Notes: generated by a model from the sequence alone, not told the origin. Numbered from the whole stretch's first letter, positions 37,956 to 50,495 are shown. The stretch: 59,947 nt of DNA, filler included, from Sphacelaria rigidula (GCA_964200075.2; 10 parts of 10 records of this genome joined end to end with filler, not necessarily neighbours in it), one strand, 5' to 3'. Translations and numbers: made by a program.

Positions 37956-39071
37956 AAAAGCCGGGTCGGTAAAAAATCGGAACAGTATTTCGCAGGCCAC
38001 TCACTGGCCTCTGTTCGATTTTCGTGCATTGAAATTTTGGTTGGGCGCTCTCTGAGCGTATAATTGAGAGAACAAAGTGGGTCAGGTTGCTTTTTTTCAT
38101 TTCTTTTCACTGGTTCAGGGCGTTCTACTATGGTAAAGACTATTTCTTCCCGAGAACGCCACAACCTCTACGAAAAGAAAATAATGAAGGCCCATTTCGT
38201 TCTTCATTCGGCACTCTTTTGTGTTCTCCACATCACAATTCGTCGCCATCCACTAAATGCATTGATCAGGAGTTTCATAGAGATTCTAGTATTGGCGCTA
38301 TCCCCCTTAGGTATAGGAATTACCTGGCATGGGGTTTAACCAACGAGAAAATATAGGCCCAAACGTTTGAGCAGATGGGCACCTTGCCCTTGATTAGACG
38401 ATTGATACGATATGCGGATCACGGCCCAACTCATCTGTGTCGATGAGATATTACTTCTACAGCTCTGATCCGTTTTTAGGCTGGCCCAGCTCGTACGGCA
38501 GCAGTATCGGCGGTTGGGCTCGGGATTTAGTCAGTCATATATCCCGCAACGTTTGTGGTTGACCGTCTTACGATATCCTCCGACCTACTCTAGCACGCCA
38601 CTCAGGCCGCTTCTTACGAGCTCGGCCAGCCTAGAGGCGGATTTGAAGTTTGCAGGCCCATGCCCCCGCCAATATTTGGAGTTGGACCCCGAAATTTAGT
38701 GTTTACAATGAAAAGGGCATGAAAACAAAAATATTTTGTTTCATGCCTCACTCGTTGTGCATACAAAATTTCAGGGTCCAACTCTAAATATTGGCGGGAG
38801 CATGGGCCTTCAGAAAACAGGATCGGTCGAAATTCGGAACAGTATTCCGAAGGCCACTCACCGGCCGACGCTTGGTTTTCGTTTATTGAAATGTTGCGTG
38901 GGCGCTTTCCAAGGCAAAACCAACAGAAAAAAGCAGGTCTTTTTTTCTACATTTCGTTCACAGGTTTAGTGCTTTCTAGTATGGTCAAGACCATTTCTTC
39001 ACGAGAACAACCTAACCTCTACGCAAAAAACTTGGAAAATGAAGGCTCACTTGTTTTTTTATTCGCAATAC

Positions 39072-41833
39072 TTTTGTGGTTCTTCGTGCCAAGTTTCAAA
39101 ACATAATTCTAAAAATTGAGCCAAAACATCGAGATAAGCTTGAGAGCAACGTTCGCTTTCCGCCTAAACTCCACTAAAAACACAAAAAAATGCAAAAATG
39201 AAGGTAGAAAGCTCTTTCGAATTTTCCCCATGCCTGAAGTCATCGGGAGAGAGGATGCAAGGAGCAGAGGCAGATATTTTACGAACCCCGCAAAGCCCAC
39301 CAGACTTTTCGAATCCCTCCAGATATATTTTACGAACCCCATCTGAGGGAAAAGGTGATGGGTTTGGGGAGCGCCTCATTCCCTTGACTCGAGACGAAAC
39401 AGCCAACACCCCATGAAAGTTTCAACTGTGTGTGAAGAGCACTGCGTGCCGACAACATTTCAAGCAAATCAGGCACCCCCAGCGGAGATCAAACCGTCTC
39501 CACAACTTGCCTGAAGACGCCACAGCGCAGCGACACCTACAACGCAGAAGACAGACAATGAGTGTGTTTGTGCTACAGCAAAGTCATACAGCGCATGCCC
39601 CATTCGATAGTCCTTGCCCTGATTTCAGGTGGGTCCTCGATTTTTGCCCAGCGGCGATTTGCAAATGCTCGGCGGCAATCCCGATTGCCGCGAAAATACA
39701 TTATTTGACTTTGAGTTACCCCTATCTGTGGGAGGTGAGCAACTTTTTCAGGGTTTTATTTTTGTCTGTTACATTGAGCGGCCTCACCAGCGACTCGATA
39801 CAGTACAGGCAGACCCTGCTGTACCGCTCAAGAGGTGCGAGGTCGTTTGTCTTCACAAACGACATTTGTCGTCTCGAACGAAATACCGGAAGTCTGAAGG
39901 AGGCCGACTCGGAAGATAATTACAATAAGTTTAAATCAGAGTGCAAGACTGTACAAGCCCACTCCAGCGAGAGTGCATCCAGCAACCGGAGCAAGGCTGG
40001 TTCCTACTCACCTCCGTGAACTCCTCTGCATTCGGCGTGTATATGTCCCTACGTCTATGGAAATCATCAAGGGAGTTTCGATCGATGCTGTACATACGCC
40101 CGTATGCCTGTGACCAGTACTCGATACCGCAACCTCAGATTTTTGTGCGCATCGCAGTACCGGCTTACGCTGGTGATGGCTTCGACTCGCGAGTGGCGTC
40201 CGCCCCTCTGCCGCCAGTACCCCCTTCGCCACTCTCCTTTCCATCCGCTTCACAAACAACAGTAGGCTTCACCCGCTACCATGCCCTTGACTGAAGCCGG
40301 CTGGCCTCTGCCCTCGCGCGTCTCGCGGAACACTCGACCCCTTGAGGCGATCGACAACGTACCCAACAGAAAGTCCGGAGATCGTACGAAATAAGAAAAC
40401 GTCGGAGCAGTTACGACTGCAGAGAAAGTTTACGAAGGTGGGTCAAAACGTGAAAAAAACTGGCTCAAAATCCTTGGGTAGTTGGTGGCTATAGTTGAAC
40501 CGAATGTTGACAGAGTACACGCCAAACCAAAATGCATGGTACACAATAATCACCGCCCGCACATGCGTGCCGATGCGCCTATTTCGACGCTGCATATCTC
40601 AGGGATCGCGGCGACTGTCGGGCGAGGCAAGATTCCGACCGCGAGCGAACTAGACAGATTACAGATAAGGTAAACGTGAGGGTATCTATCGTATCTCCGT
40701 GCTCCATATAATGTACACTCCAAAAATCATCGTCACCCGCTGAATGTATCGATCGGAGGTTTCCTGTAGATTTTTGTCAGGTGACGAGGATTTGTAATAT
40801 TCCCATCCTAAACCGGCGGGGGTCGGCAAGCACAGATTTCAATTTTTCGTTCCGCGGCCAATTTTGAACCTCGGAGCCAAGCGAATCTGAAAAGTAGGCT
40901 AGGCTCCTCTCTGTGGGGTGATGCCACGTGTCGGAGACGTGTGTTTGCGGTTTTCTTGGATTGGGGGTCAAAAGGTGGGTCGAACCTCCCACAAGCGAAC
41001 AATCCGTGGGCCAAAAATCTGCCCACATTATACAGATATACCCTGAGGGTGTGGTATACTCGCAAAAAGTATATCCACCTATATCGGTGGATCCTTATTT
41101 CCATCGTGACCTTTTATCACGACCGATCCCGCGTTGTTTTTTTCAATTCGGGAGCCCACATGTTTTCAATCAGCTGCCCGTTACCGATGTTTTCAAACAA
41201 AGTAGAGCCTTCACGCGTAGTACCGGAGTGCAGGCAGTAGTACCCAGCAGTAACACACACAGTGAACAAAGTGAAGCCTTCACGTGTAGTACCGTAGTGC
41301 AGGCAGTAGTCAAAACTCATACCCTCTACACCTGCATCCACTGCCATGGACGTGCATTTGCATGTATGTGACCTCGAACCCTACAGTGAGAACGGTATAG
41401 GACTGTACTGTGTTGGCAAAGCACAGCTGCCTACTGTGCTCCCGAGTACAGACCGTGCTCGCAACCTGGCAGAGTACAGCCTAAGTTTCGGACACCTAGC
41501 CCCCCCCCCAGAGGACATGATAAAAATGTCATGATTTTTTTTGTCAGCTTTCTTGCGAGAAATTGATCAATGAACACTGACACAAAATCCGAAAAGTCTG
41601 GTGGGCTTTGCGGGTTTCGTAAAATATCTGCCTCTGCTTCTTGCACCCTCTCTCCCGATGACTTCAGGCATGGGGAAAAATTCAAAAGAGCGTTCTACTT
41701 TCATATTTGCATCTTTTGTCGTGTTTTTAGTGAAGTTTTGGGGGAAAACGAACGTTGCTCTTAGGCCTTATCTCGATGTTTTGGCTCAATTTTTAGAATT
41801 GTGATTTGAAACTTGACACGGAGAACCACAAAA
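39072..41833. mobile_element. ~240-bp inverted repeats (39072-39311 / 41590-41833) enclosing ~2.3 kb
   Basis: aattctaaaaattgagccaaaacatcgagataag...ccccatgcctgaagtcatcgggagagagg.tgcaag.agcagaggcagatattttacgaa.cccgcaaagcccaccagacttttcg and its reverse complement. Confidence 0.85.
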
Positions 41834-42665
41834 AACAGTGTTTTCGTGAGATAGAGAGTAGATGAGACGATTGGGAGTGGCTTTGATCATTATCTTTAAG
41901 TGAGTCATTTTTTATTCCACGTGTGCTTTTCTTTANNNNNNNNNNNNNNNNNNNNNNNNNNNNNNNNNNNNNNNNNNNNTTAATTAATTAANNNNNNNNN
42001 NNNNNNNNNNNNNNNNNNNNNNNNNNNNNNNNNNNGTAAAACGACGTGAAAGCTCCAAAAATACATTTTTCCGGGTTTTTATTTTTGTCTATTATAAGGA
42101 GCGGCCTAACTCATGAAAAAAAAAACATTTTGGTACCGCAGTACCTCTTTTTTTTACATGCCCCATGCATTATCCATACCAAATTCCAGGGGCCAACTCT
42201 AAAAGTAAAAAAAGAGAATGGGCCTGCAAACTTCAAATCCGCCTCCAGGCTGGCCCAGCTCGTCTCAGGGCGGGCATTGCGGTATATTTTTATTCTTGTT
42301 TCTTTTCGCCAAAGGCTGAAGCATGTTATCGCCTCTCATGCGCACGAACACCAGCAGCAACCGACCACAATAAGCAGATTAAATCTACTGCACTGCGCTG
42401 CGCTGCACTGTGCTGTGTTGTACTGTGATATGCTGTAATGTTCGGTGCTGTACTGCACTGTACATACAGTACTGTCTGTACTGTAATCTGGACATCAACT
42501 GATGGCAAGTCAAGCAAGTCTTCACCTTGCTTGCTGCTGGTGAGGCACATAGTCGCAATGAGATCGACGTAGATTATCGGAAGGACTATATTTCAATATA
42601 CTCGCTACTCGCCGCATGTGTTATTGCTCTTTATCGCTCCAGCGCAGGATAGACAGTGCACGTAC

Positions 42666-42775
42666 CTTCCGCCCTGCCCGGCACCCCTAGCTCCACCAGC
42701 ATAGTAGGCATTGCCCTGTTTCTCCTCTGCCTCTCCCTTCTTCTTGAGACTATCCAATGTCGCAAAGTTAGCCAT
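42666..42775 (-). CDS. First exon of probable p47/Shp1/UBXN2-like (SEP-UBX) Cdc48/p97 cofactor
   Basis: MANFATLDSLKKKGEAEEKQGNAYYAGGARGAGQGG-AG|gtacgt (110 nt). F..L.....EE....YAGG....SG resembles the conserved pre-SEP FYAGG..SG segment of p47. Not in the ORF track. Confidence 0.7.
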
Positions 42776-42803
42776 GATGCAATGCTACGTTTAATCCAAC
42801 AAA

Positions 42804-42826
42804 ATTGACGTGAGGATTGACGTGAG
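42804..42826. promoter_or_regulatory. Tandem ATTGACGTGAG x2 (bZIP/UPRE-like TGACGTGA)
   Basis: Exact 11-bp direct repeat ~30-50 bp upstream of the p47-like ATG, between the divergent genes. Confidence 0.35.
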
Positions 42827-43706
42827 AAGCCGACGGTCCTCGTGCCTTGAACCCTCCGTTCTCAGGTAATCTCAAGCGCAGCACAGAGTCGAAGTTGTCG
42901 GAAAGCGAAGGTTGGACTTCATAAAAATGATGTTCAGACCCGCGGTCAAAAGTGTGTGTGCCCCTTCCAGCCGGAGGAGACCGGCACGTGCTCGTAGAAA
43001 TACGGACAATAAATTATTGGGAAAATGCGACGAGATCAAGAATGTTTCCACAGCCAGCTAAGCTCAGAAGATATGCTAGACACAGAATGTCAGTGCAGTT
43101 GGACATTAATGTTCCCTACCAGGCCCGACGTTGAGGTGGTTCATGACTTTAACAAACCCTTTGTTTTGCGCTAATCGATTTCTTCAGATATTTTCGCTGC
43201 CTGAACTCTCACGAAGTCTCTTATGAAAGAACGAAGTTGTACATTCTCCAGACCTCTTTGTTTACTTGTGCCGTGAACGTCCCGGAGCATTCACCGGAAG
43301 CTACGACCAGGTTATCCACGCCACTAACCACTATCATCTACACGTACCTCTTCATCAGTTCCTGACCTCTGCCATCTATCTCGCTCTGTCGTTGAATATA
43401 TCGAGGGATCGCCTGCCCTACACCCCGACGCGACCGTACTGTTGTACTCTATCAAGAGAGGCCACAGCAGCACAACAGTATACACGTTGGCGGAGCATTG
43501 CGGTCAAGTCCAGCTGTCAAAATCGAGCGCTGAAGTTGTTCAAGAATACACATCGCGGTTACCGTGATTCCTCCCCCCAACGACGCAGGCGGCGATAGTT
43601 GCTCATCCCGAGATATCTTGGACATCCGTTAACGCAGGAAGCTATTGGGCATCGCTCTAGTCTGAGAGCTGAACTGCAACTAGGAGATTCACGACAGCAG
43701 CACGCC

Positions 43707-43763
43707 ATGTCTGAAGTTACCGTCAACATCCGCTGCTCCAATGGAGAGAAGTTCACTACGCAG
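43707..43763 (+). CDS. UBQLN: Ubiquilin/Dsk2 exon 1 (UBL start)
   Basis: gccATG MSEVTVNIRCSNGEKFTTQ|gtaag, phase 0. Confidence 0.9.
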
Positions 43764-44774
43764 GTAAGATTAGGGCGTATCCACTGTAGTCGAGGTGTCA
43801 TATCGGTTACCTGGGTCGTCGTATGTGGTGTTATTCTTGCGTGAGTTGTATCGGTGTGGCGAGCGCACATCATTCATCTACTTGTAGTCAACGCGTGAAC
43901 GTCTTGCACGAATAAGCGGGTTGTCTATGTCTCAAGTATACTCGTTAGACTACTCAAAATGTAAACGAGTATACAGTACGGCAGTGCAGTAGACTGGACT
44001 GTGCCGGGTAACTTGCGCTTTGATACACTGTGCTGTCTTCCGCATGTCTGTTGTTCGTCCAGGCAGCGCGAGCTACCAAGTACAAAGCTTTGGTACACTG
44101 TACTGTCTTCCGCAAATTTTGGTGCGTAATTATACAATTGCAAGGACTGCACGAAAATGCTGTTGTCGTGTCTTCAGCGCCGTCGTGTGTCTTTGCCGTG
44201 CGCTCCTAGTTGTGCCCAGTAGGTGAAGTCTCAGTTTTTGCTGTCGAGTTCTCTCAGCGCGGACCGGCAAATTTACAAATTTACCGGGGTCAGTACAAGT
44301 ACCATGCAGACAGACTGAGTGCCTGGCGCAGCCAGCTCCTCGCTTGCGGCCATGGCACCTATGGTTATAGGTCGACTGTTGTCTGCCCGGCATGGTTTTC
44401 TTTTAGAGATCGCTGCCCGGCAATGGCTCCTTCGCGGTACAAGTCTTGTCCTCTTGCACCCGTGTTCGGGTAAATGAAGTCTTTGTACAGTATCCGAGTA
44501 CGACACACTGTTGTGCTGCACTTCGCATGTTGCCGGCAGTCTCCATACAGTTACACGAAATGATCCGGGGTGTTAATTACCAGCCGATATCCCTTCCTCT
44601 CGAGAACCGCGCTGGCTGTACGGCAGTGCTGTACCTTCTCCACCAAACCGGCGGGGCATGCGTACTCGCTTTCATCGTAAAGAATGTGATTTTGCGGAGC
44701 CTGTTCGTGTCCATTTTCAATATTACGAAGTATTCACTTTTCGCACGTTGAATCTCTCACCAAAGTGTGTGGTG

Positions 44775-45026
44775 TCGAGGGATCAATTCACCCTTCTCTC
44801 CCCAACATTGGCCTTGCATTTTGGTCTCGCGGGTTCGGCCAGCACTCCCGCACCAGGTCAACTCTCGTCAGACAAACTCAGTCAACGACTTCGTTTTTAC
44901 TCAAGTACTAACGCTCTCGACGGTGGAAATCAGATACGTTGAAGAAAAACCTAATGCATCGGGATTCGAAGCCTCATTCTGTCCACCCTAGTTGTGATCA
45001 TCCCACCATCATACCACCGGGGCGCG
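44775..45026 (-). mobile_element. tRNA-derived SINE family 2 in ubiquilin intron 1; second copy ~53165-53470 (+)
   Basis: Both start cgcgccccggtggt..., carry a B-box-like ttcga.tccc and end ccgcgagaccaaa.tgcaaggc....ggggagaga.ggg. Confidence 0.65.
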
Positions 45027-45588
45027 TACAAAGTACTGGAGTACTGGTGTACAGTAGTTTGAACAGTCCGTACCATGCTTCATACGATGGCGACCACGCC
45101 CTTGAATGAACGCCATTTCTACTTGGTGTGAATAAACTCTGGCTCGTACAGGAGTGGTACGAGGCAGCGGAGAGGATGCATGTACAGAATAACATACGAG
45201 GTTTGCAGAGTGTACAGCGCTCAGTAATACGATACGTGCAACAAGCATGCGTTGAAGGCGTAAACATGACGCATCCGTGTTCACTTCAATTCCTACCCTC
45301 CACCGGCTTGACAGCTCCGCGGACTTCTCCTGAAAAACCTCTCACCCGACATCGCCTAATGTCTTGTCACTGCCAAGTCATTTAAACGCAACTCTCGCCA
45401 TGACGGGTGATGAGGGGCAGCGAGGAGAGTGTTGAACCGAAACAGAGTTCATATCACTGTCATGTGAGAAGACTTCACGGTACTGTTCCCTTGTCAATCC
45501 ATGACGATCCCTCACCGTGTGCCCTGTATCATCGTTTCCTGCCGCCCGTCATCCTGACGTCGTTTTCGCACGCCGTGCTGCTGATCAG

Positions 45589-45721
45589 GTGGAACTGACT
45601 GCTACAGTGCTGGCGCTGAAGCAGAAGATTGCAGGCCAGGCCAATGTAGTGCCCGAGCTACAGCGGCTAATCTACAAGGGTAGAGTCTTGAAGGAAGACG
45701 GAAACACGCTCGCCAGCTACA
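45589..45721 (+). CDS. UBQLN: Ubiquilin exon 2 (UBL)
   Basis: cag|VELTATVLALKQKIAGQANVVPELQRLIYKGRVLKEDGNTLASY-A|gtgagt; QRLIY.GR.LK UBL motif. Confidence 0.95.
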
Positions 45722-46020
45722 GTGAGTTCCAAAATGGGTGTGACGTTTCCGCGTCCGCGTGTGCTTCAGAGATGAGATGCTGCAGAGTGTTGGGTCTAGA
45801 TAGTGCCGTTCGGAATAGCGTCGACGTTATTCACGGAGGTCTCTCATCAAGATTTAAGACACGTATATATTTCGTATCCTTGCTAAAACTGTACCGTTCG
45901 GCTACGCAATGAAGATGGCGCAAAAACAATATTAGTACCTAGCGATCTTCCCCATCCACTTTGCAGACCTGACCGCCAAATTATCCTTTCTCATCTCAAC
46001 CCCCCCCCAACAATCACTAG

Positions 46021-46304
46021 CTGTGGAGGCCAACAGCACGGTCCACCTCGTGCGCTCGCAAGCTCCAAACCCAGCTCCCGCCCCAGCCGCTACCGCGACG
46101 CCTGCGGCCGGTGTGCCCACTCTGTTTGACATGCCGGGAGCGGGCGGAGGTACTCCCGGCGCTGGAGCAGCTAATCCTTTCGCGGACATGATGGGGAGCA
46201 TGGGTGGGATGGGCGGCGCCGGAATGGATATCAATCGCATGCAGCAGCAGCTCATGTCTAACCCCGAGATGATGTCCAACATTATGAACTCTCCGATGAT
46301 GGAG
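46021..46304 (+). CDS. UBQLN: Ubiquilin exon 3 (end UBL, linker, STI1)
   Basis: tag|CT-VEANSTVHLVRS...MQQQLMSNPEMMSNIMNSPMME|gt; phase matches exon 2. Confidence 0.95.
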
Positions 46305-46910
46305 GTAACAGGGCTGTGGGTGTGGTGTGAAGGTTCCGAGTGGGTATAGGTATATAGGATGCGCTGGGAGAGGTGCCATGTCTGTCGGGTGTGCGTTGGG
46401 TGAGAAGGGTGCACGGACAAAAAGGGGGAGTTGCTGGGAATGAATTGAAAGGTGGTTGAACACTCTCCTCGGGGTGTGAGATGTGGCCATGTACGTGATG
46501 TGTAATATCGTGATTATTTCGCCGTCGCGATACTTTCCCGCGGTTGATGTGAAGTTGAAGCGAGTAGTGTTGTTTGCACGCTCGCGGCCCGAGACATGAT
46601 TTGAGTCTCGTAATGTTTGTAGCATCGTGTCGTAGTGATCTAATTTCGTATCAATCGACAAAACTGTGCTGTCGGGCATCGATTGTTGCCGAGGCACAAG
46701 AAAATAAATGGTGTGCATCTCGGAGGGGTGATGATGCGTGACGACGGTACGGGAGAGGATTTCCTTTGCTTTCAAGTACGTCTTGGTCATCGGACGTGGG
46801 ACACGTATCGTCGGTACGTGACAATGAGATTTACCCGTGATGATAGTGTGCACAGATGTCCACGCCGGCTTCACCTCATGCACTCCCCCGTCTTCGCGCC
46901 GTTCGTGCAG

Positions 46911-47153
46911 AGCCTGCTGAACAATCCGGAAATGATGAGGAACATCATGTTCAGCAACCCGCAAATGCAGCGAGTGATGGAGAACAACCCGCAGTTGGCG
47001 CAGGTCCTTAACGACCCGGCTATGATGCGGCAATACCTGGAGATGGCCCGGAACCCCGAGGCTATGAACCAAGCTAGGCGCAGTCAGGATCTCATGATGA
47101 GCCAGATTGAAAACCAGCCGGGCGGTTTCAACGCCCTTCGAAGGCTCTACACG
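46911..47153 (+). CDS. UBQLN: Ubiquilin exon 4 (STI1 repeats); UBA exons beyond contig
   Basis: cag|SLLNNPEMMRNIMFSNPQMQRVMENNPQLAQVLNDPAMMRQYLEMARNP...IENQPGGFNALRRLYT|gtagg. Confidence 0.95.
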
Positions 47154-48895
47154 GTAGGTGACTGACGCACACTGCGTTCGTTGGCCTCAGGGCGCGTGGG
47201 TGATGACGCTTGTTGCGGCGTGATAGTCTACAGTTGGTGCCGTTCAGCCTCGAGGCGTGCAACATCATCGTGAATTCTCGTTGATGAGGGCTATCCTACT
47301 CCCGTGCTGCCCCGATTCGTGTGCTGGGCAAACCGAGCGAAACACGATTGGGTGGAAGGATATGAAATGTTGTAGTAGGACAATGATTATGTGCGGTTTG
47401 CTTCATACTGCACTTCCGTATGCGTTTTTGTCACTCTTCCAAGTGTTGTTGCGGCATTAATCGATAAGGTTTGACGCACCCAGATCCGTCATTCCATCAA
47501 TGAGTCGGGCGTCTGGGGGTGTGTTCGGGACATTTGTCTCTGGAGTGAGGACACCGCCAAGATGGTAGAGACCTTCGCCACGCAAGTTCCGCACGTCATC
47601 TCATTATTCGTGCGCAGGCCACGATCAGTGGCGCCTTTGCCCCTTTCAGTACACCAGGGGAATTCTATGCAGCACGGTAGCCATGACCTGAGTAAACAAT
47701 AAACCATGTCTATGGTGAACACGTTTAGTTTCTTCAGCAGCTGGAACGGTGTCGCGTATTTAATGAAGGGGAGGAGGAGGTGCACGTGCTGTAAGTAGCG
47801 CATGTGGCTGTGGTTGGATGATGTTTCGAAGTTATGCCTGCGGTTTACGGGAAGCTTCTTCTCCCCCCCCCCCCCCCCCCCCCCCCCCCCCACGGGGAGT
47901 CACGCCGCGCCCGCGCCAACGCCCCTCCCACCACAAAGGNNNNNNNNNNNNNNNNNNNNNNNNNNNNNNNNNNNNNNNNNNNNTTAATTAATTAANNNNN
48001 NNNNNNNNNNNNNNNNNNNNNNNNNNNNNNNNNNNNNNNTCACAGCGATATGCTGAAGTCGCACTGATTCGGTAAACCTGAGAAGTTGTGGTGTTTTCGG
48101 GAAATTATCTCTTTACAGCTGGATCAGCTCGTCGTCGAATTTTTACCCTCAGCAGAAACCAACTTCACATTGTGAAATTGGAATTAGCACCTCGAGTTTC
48201 GTCTCTCTTTCGAGTCAGGGGCGGTTTTAGTGAGAGCTAGATCTTGTTTTTGCCCTCAACTCCTGGAAAAAATAGATCTCTATATGCCGCCATCGAACTT
48301 CTTCCATTACACCCTACGAGCCATTCTCCATAGCAAATTTTACATCGCAAGTCTCAAAATTGAGGTGTGAATCCGCCAGCAACCCATACATCCGCAGCTA
48401 GGCTGGCCCGGCTTGGACTCGTCTACAGCGTTAGAAGGCACGTTTTGTATCAGCCTTGTCAAATGTCGAATCTTGCCGAAACGTCGAAACCAAATATGAT
48501 CCCTTTTGCATCCGAGGGCCCATAGTAGGTGGCACCAGTACGAGTGGCGAGTCATCGTCTGTTCATGGGCGTTCAATTTTTCGATAACATGGCCGCGGAG
48601 GTGAAGCTACAGGAAACCTGTTGCTGTTGCTGTTACGTCATGCCACGAAAAGGCTACATGATGACGCACATAATTTGTGCGTAGCTCTCCCGAACGTGTG
48701 AGCACGCAGGGCCTTTCAAATGAAAGTTCAAAAGCAGAAGGGAAGGGGGAGGGAAGGGGGGGGGGGGGGGGGGGGGGCAGATGATAGAGTGCAAGAGGGC
48801 GGGTTGCTCCTCCTTTTTTGGCACGACAACACACAGAGGGGGTGCGGGGTGTGTNNNNNNNNNNGAGGGTGGAGGGGGGGGGGGGGTGAGAGAGA

Positions 48896-48950
<55 letters not shown>

Positions 48951-50249
48951 ACTCATGAATTCGCATGCCACAGTCATAGACCATTGACCTCGCGTCCCTA
49001 CAAAGCAAGGACGGAGCACGCCGGGTGTTCGCCGTACCAGGCTCGCAATCAATCACCAAATACCGTGATGTGTTCGGTGAGTCACATGAGTGGTGAGCTG
49101 CAGCCTGCCAAGATCGTTCGGCCCGAAGCAAAAGCAGAAGAGCGGGAGGGGGGGGGGAGTGGGCAGATAGTACAGTGCAAGAGTACGTGTTGCTCCTCGT
49201 TTTTGGACAAGTGCGCACCCAGTAGTTGCTTGAGCTGGATGATCCTACTGCCCGTATTGTGTAGCAGAAGAAGGCGCTGCTGGCACAAACCGTGTGGACG
49301 GAGCAATGGCTGCCGATGCCAGGTAAATAAACAGCAGACATCTCCCGCCACCTTCACCCGACGTCAATCTCACTCCACACCACAGCCTCCCACACCCTCT
49401 GCAACATGATGTACCAGTTCACAAAAACCAACGACAGTCGCACTGCTCTGCCACAACACGGCGAACGCACGCAAATGCCGATCACTGCGGCCACACACAA
49501 CTATAAGACACGAAGCACAACCAGCTGTATTTCAATTTGTCTCCCAAGAGTCCCGACCACATATTCATTGCCTATGTATGGTACACGTACGTACAACAGG
49601 TAAGGATAACAAAAAAAATATCTTCACTAATGACATTTGTTGGTAGCCGATGACGCTAGTCGATTGCCACGTACCCAGCGCTCCCAAAGTGCCCCCCCCT
49701 CCCCCACCTCCTCTCCCCCGGATTCACGGCTGTCGCAAATATCGCCTGATACAACCAATAGGAATACGCGGGGGTGTTCACGGGGGGCTCGTCAGCGTAG
49801 CCACAAGTCTGAACCCTGTCACAAAGACCAGGCCACCCGCCCACCTCCTCTCATTTCCGCCATGGTACGCCTGAGCCACAGTTGACTAATTCTGCACACA
49901 GCCGATAGGACAATCTTGTACGGAATTATATGCTGATACAACGGCCTGAGCGAAGCACACCGAATATGTAGACGAGTGGTGTTTTCCCCTCCCCTTCCCT
50001 CCCCTTCCCTCCCCTCCCCTCCTTTTTTCCTCCCTACAAAAGCGGCATGGTGATAATGGTCTACACTTCGATTGGACTTCCGGCGAGGACACAACTTCGA
50101 AACGCGAGGTCAGCAGCGAAAGCTGTGTTTCCACGAGGGAGTATCATGGCAACAAATGCACACAAGGCAAACGGGAGTTTCCATTTCCATGAATCTGCTA
50201 CACCTGTTGAGCCACTACCTAGTCTTTTTTTTCTTGCTTCACATCTCCT

Positions 50250-50495
50250 TCAGTCAGCTTTGACTCGAGAAGCCGCCTTCTTTTTGACCGGCCTCGGCGA
50301 GGGCATCACAAACGACAAGAGAAAAATCAAAACAAACCCAGCCGCCAAAAGGAGCCCAAGAGTGGTCCGTCCCGGCGCCTCGCCACGCTTGATTCCGTTG
50401 ACATCCTTGACCACCCCCTGTACCACGTCCTTGAGGGCGGTCGTGAAGTCGAATGGTAGGGGCACGTCGCGGGACTCGTCCTTCTTGAACCCGCC
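50250..50495 (-). CDS. Same thioredoxin-like protein, last exon with TM helix and basic tail
   Basis: cag|GGFKKDESRDVPLPFDF...TLGLLLAAGFVLIFLLSFVMPSPRPVKKKAASRVKAD*; phase 0. Confidence 0.8.
   Translation of the reverse strand, partial: GGFKKDESRDVPLPFDFTTALKDVVQGVVKDVNGIKRGEAPGRTTLGLLLAAGFVLIFLLSFVMPSPRPVKKKAASRVKAD

Noticed and set aside
46017..47072. Longest ORF in the window (351 aa, -)
   Set aside because: Antisense shadow of ubiquilin exons 3-4 and their intron.
48607..49409. Pro/Gly-rich ORFs (also 24457-24927, 47489-47987)
   Set aside because: They arise from G/C homopolymers and N gaps.
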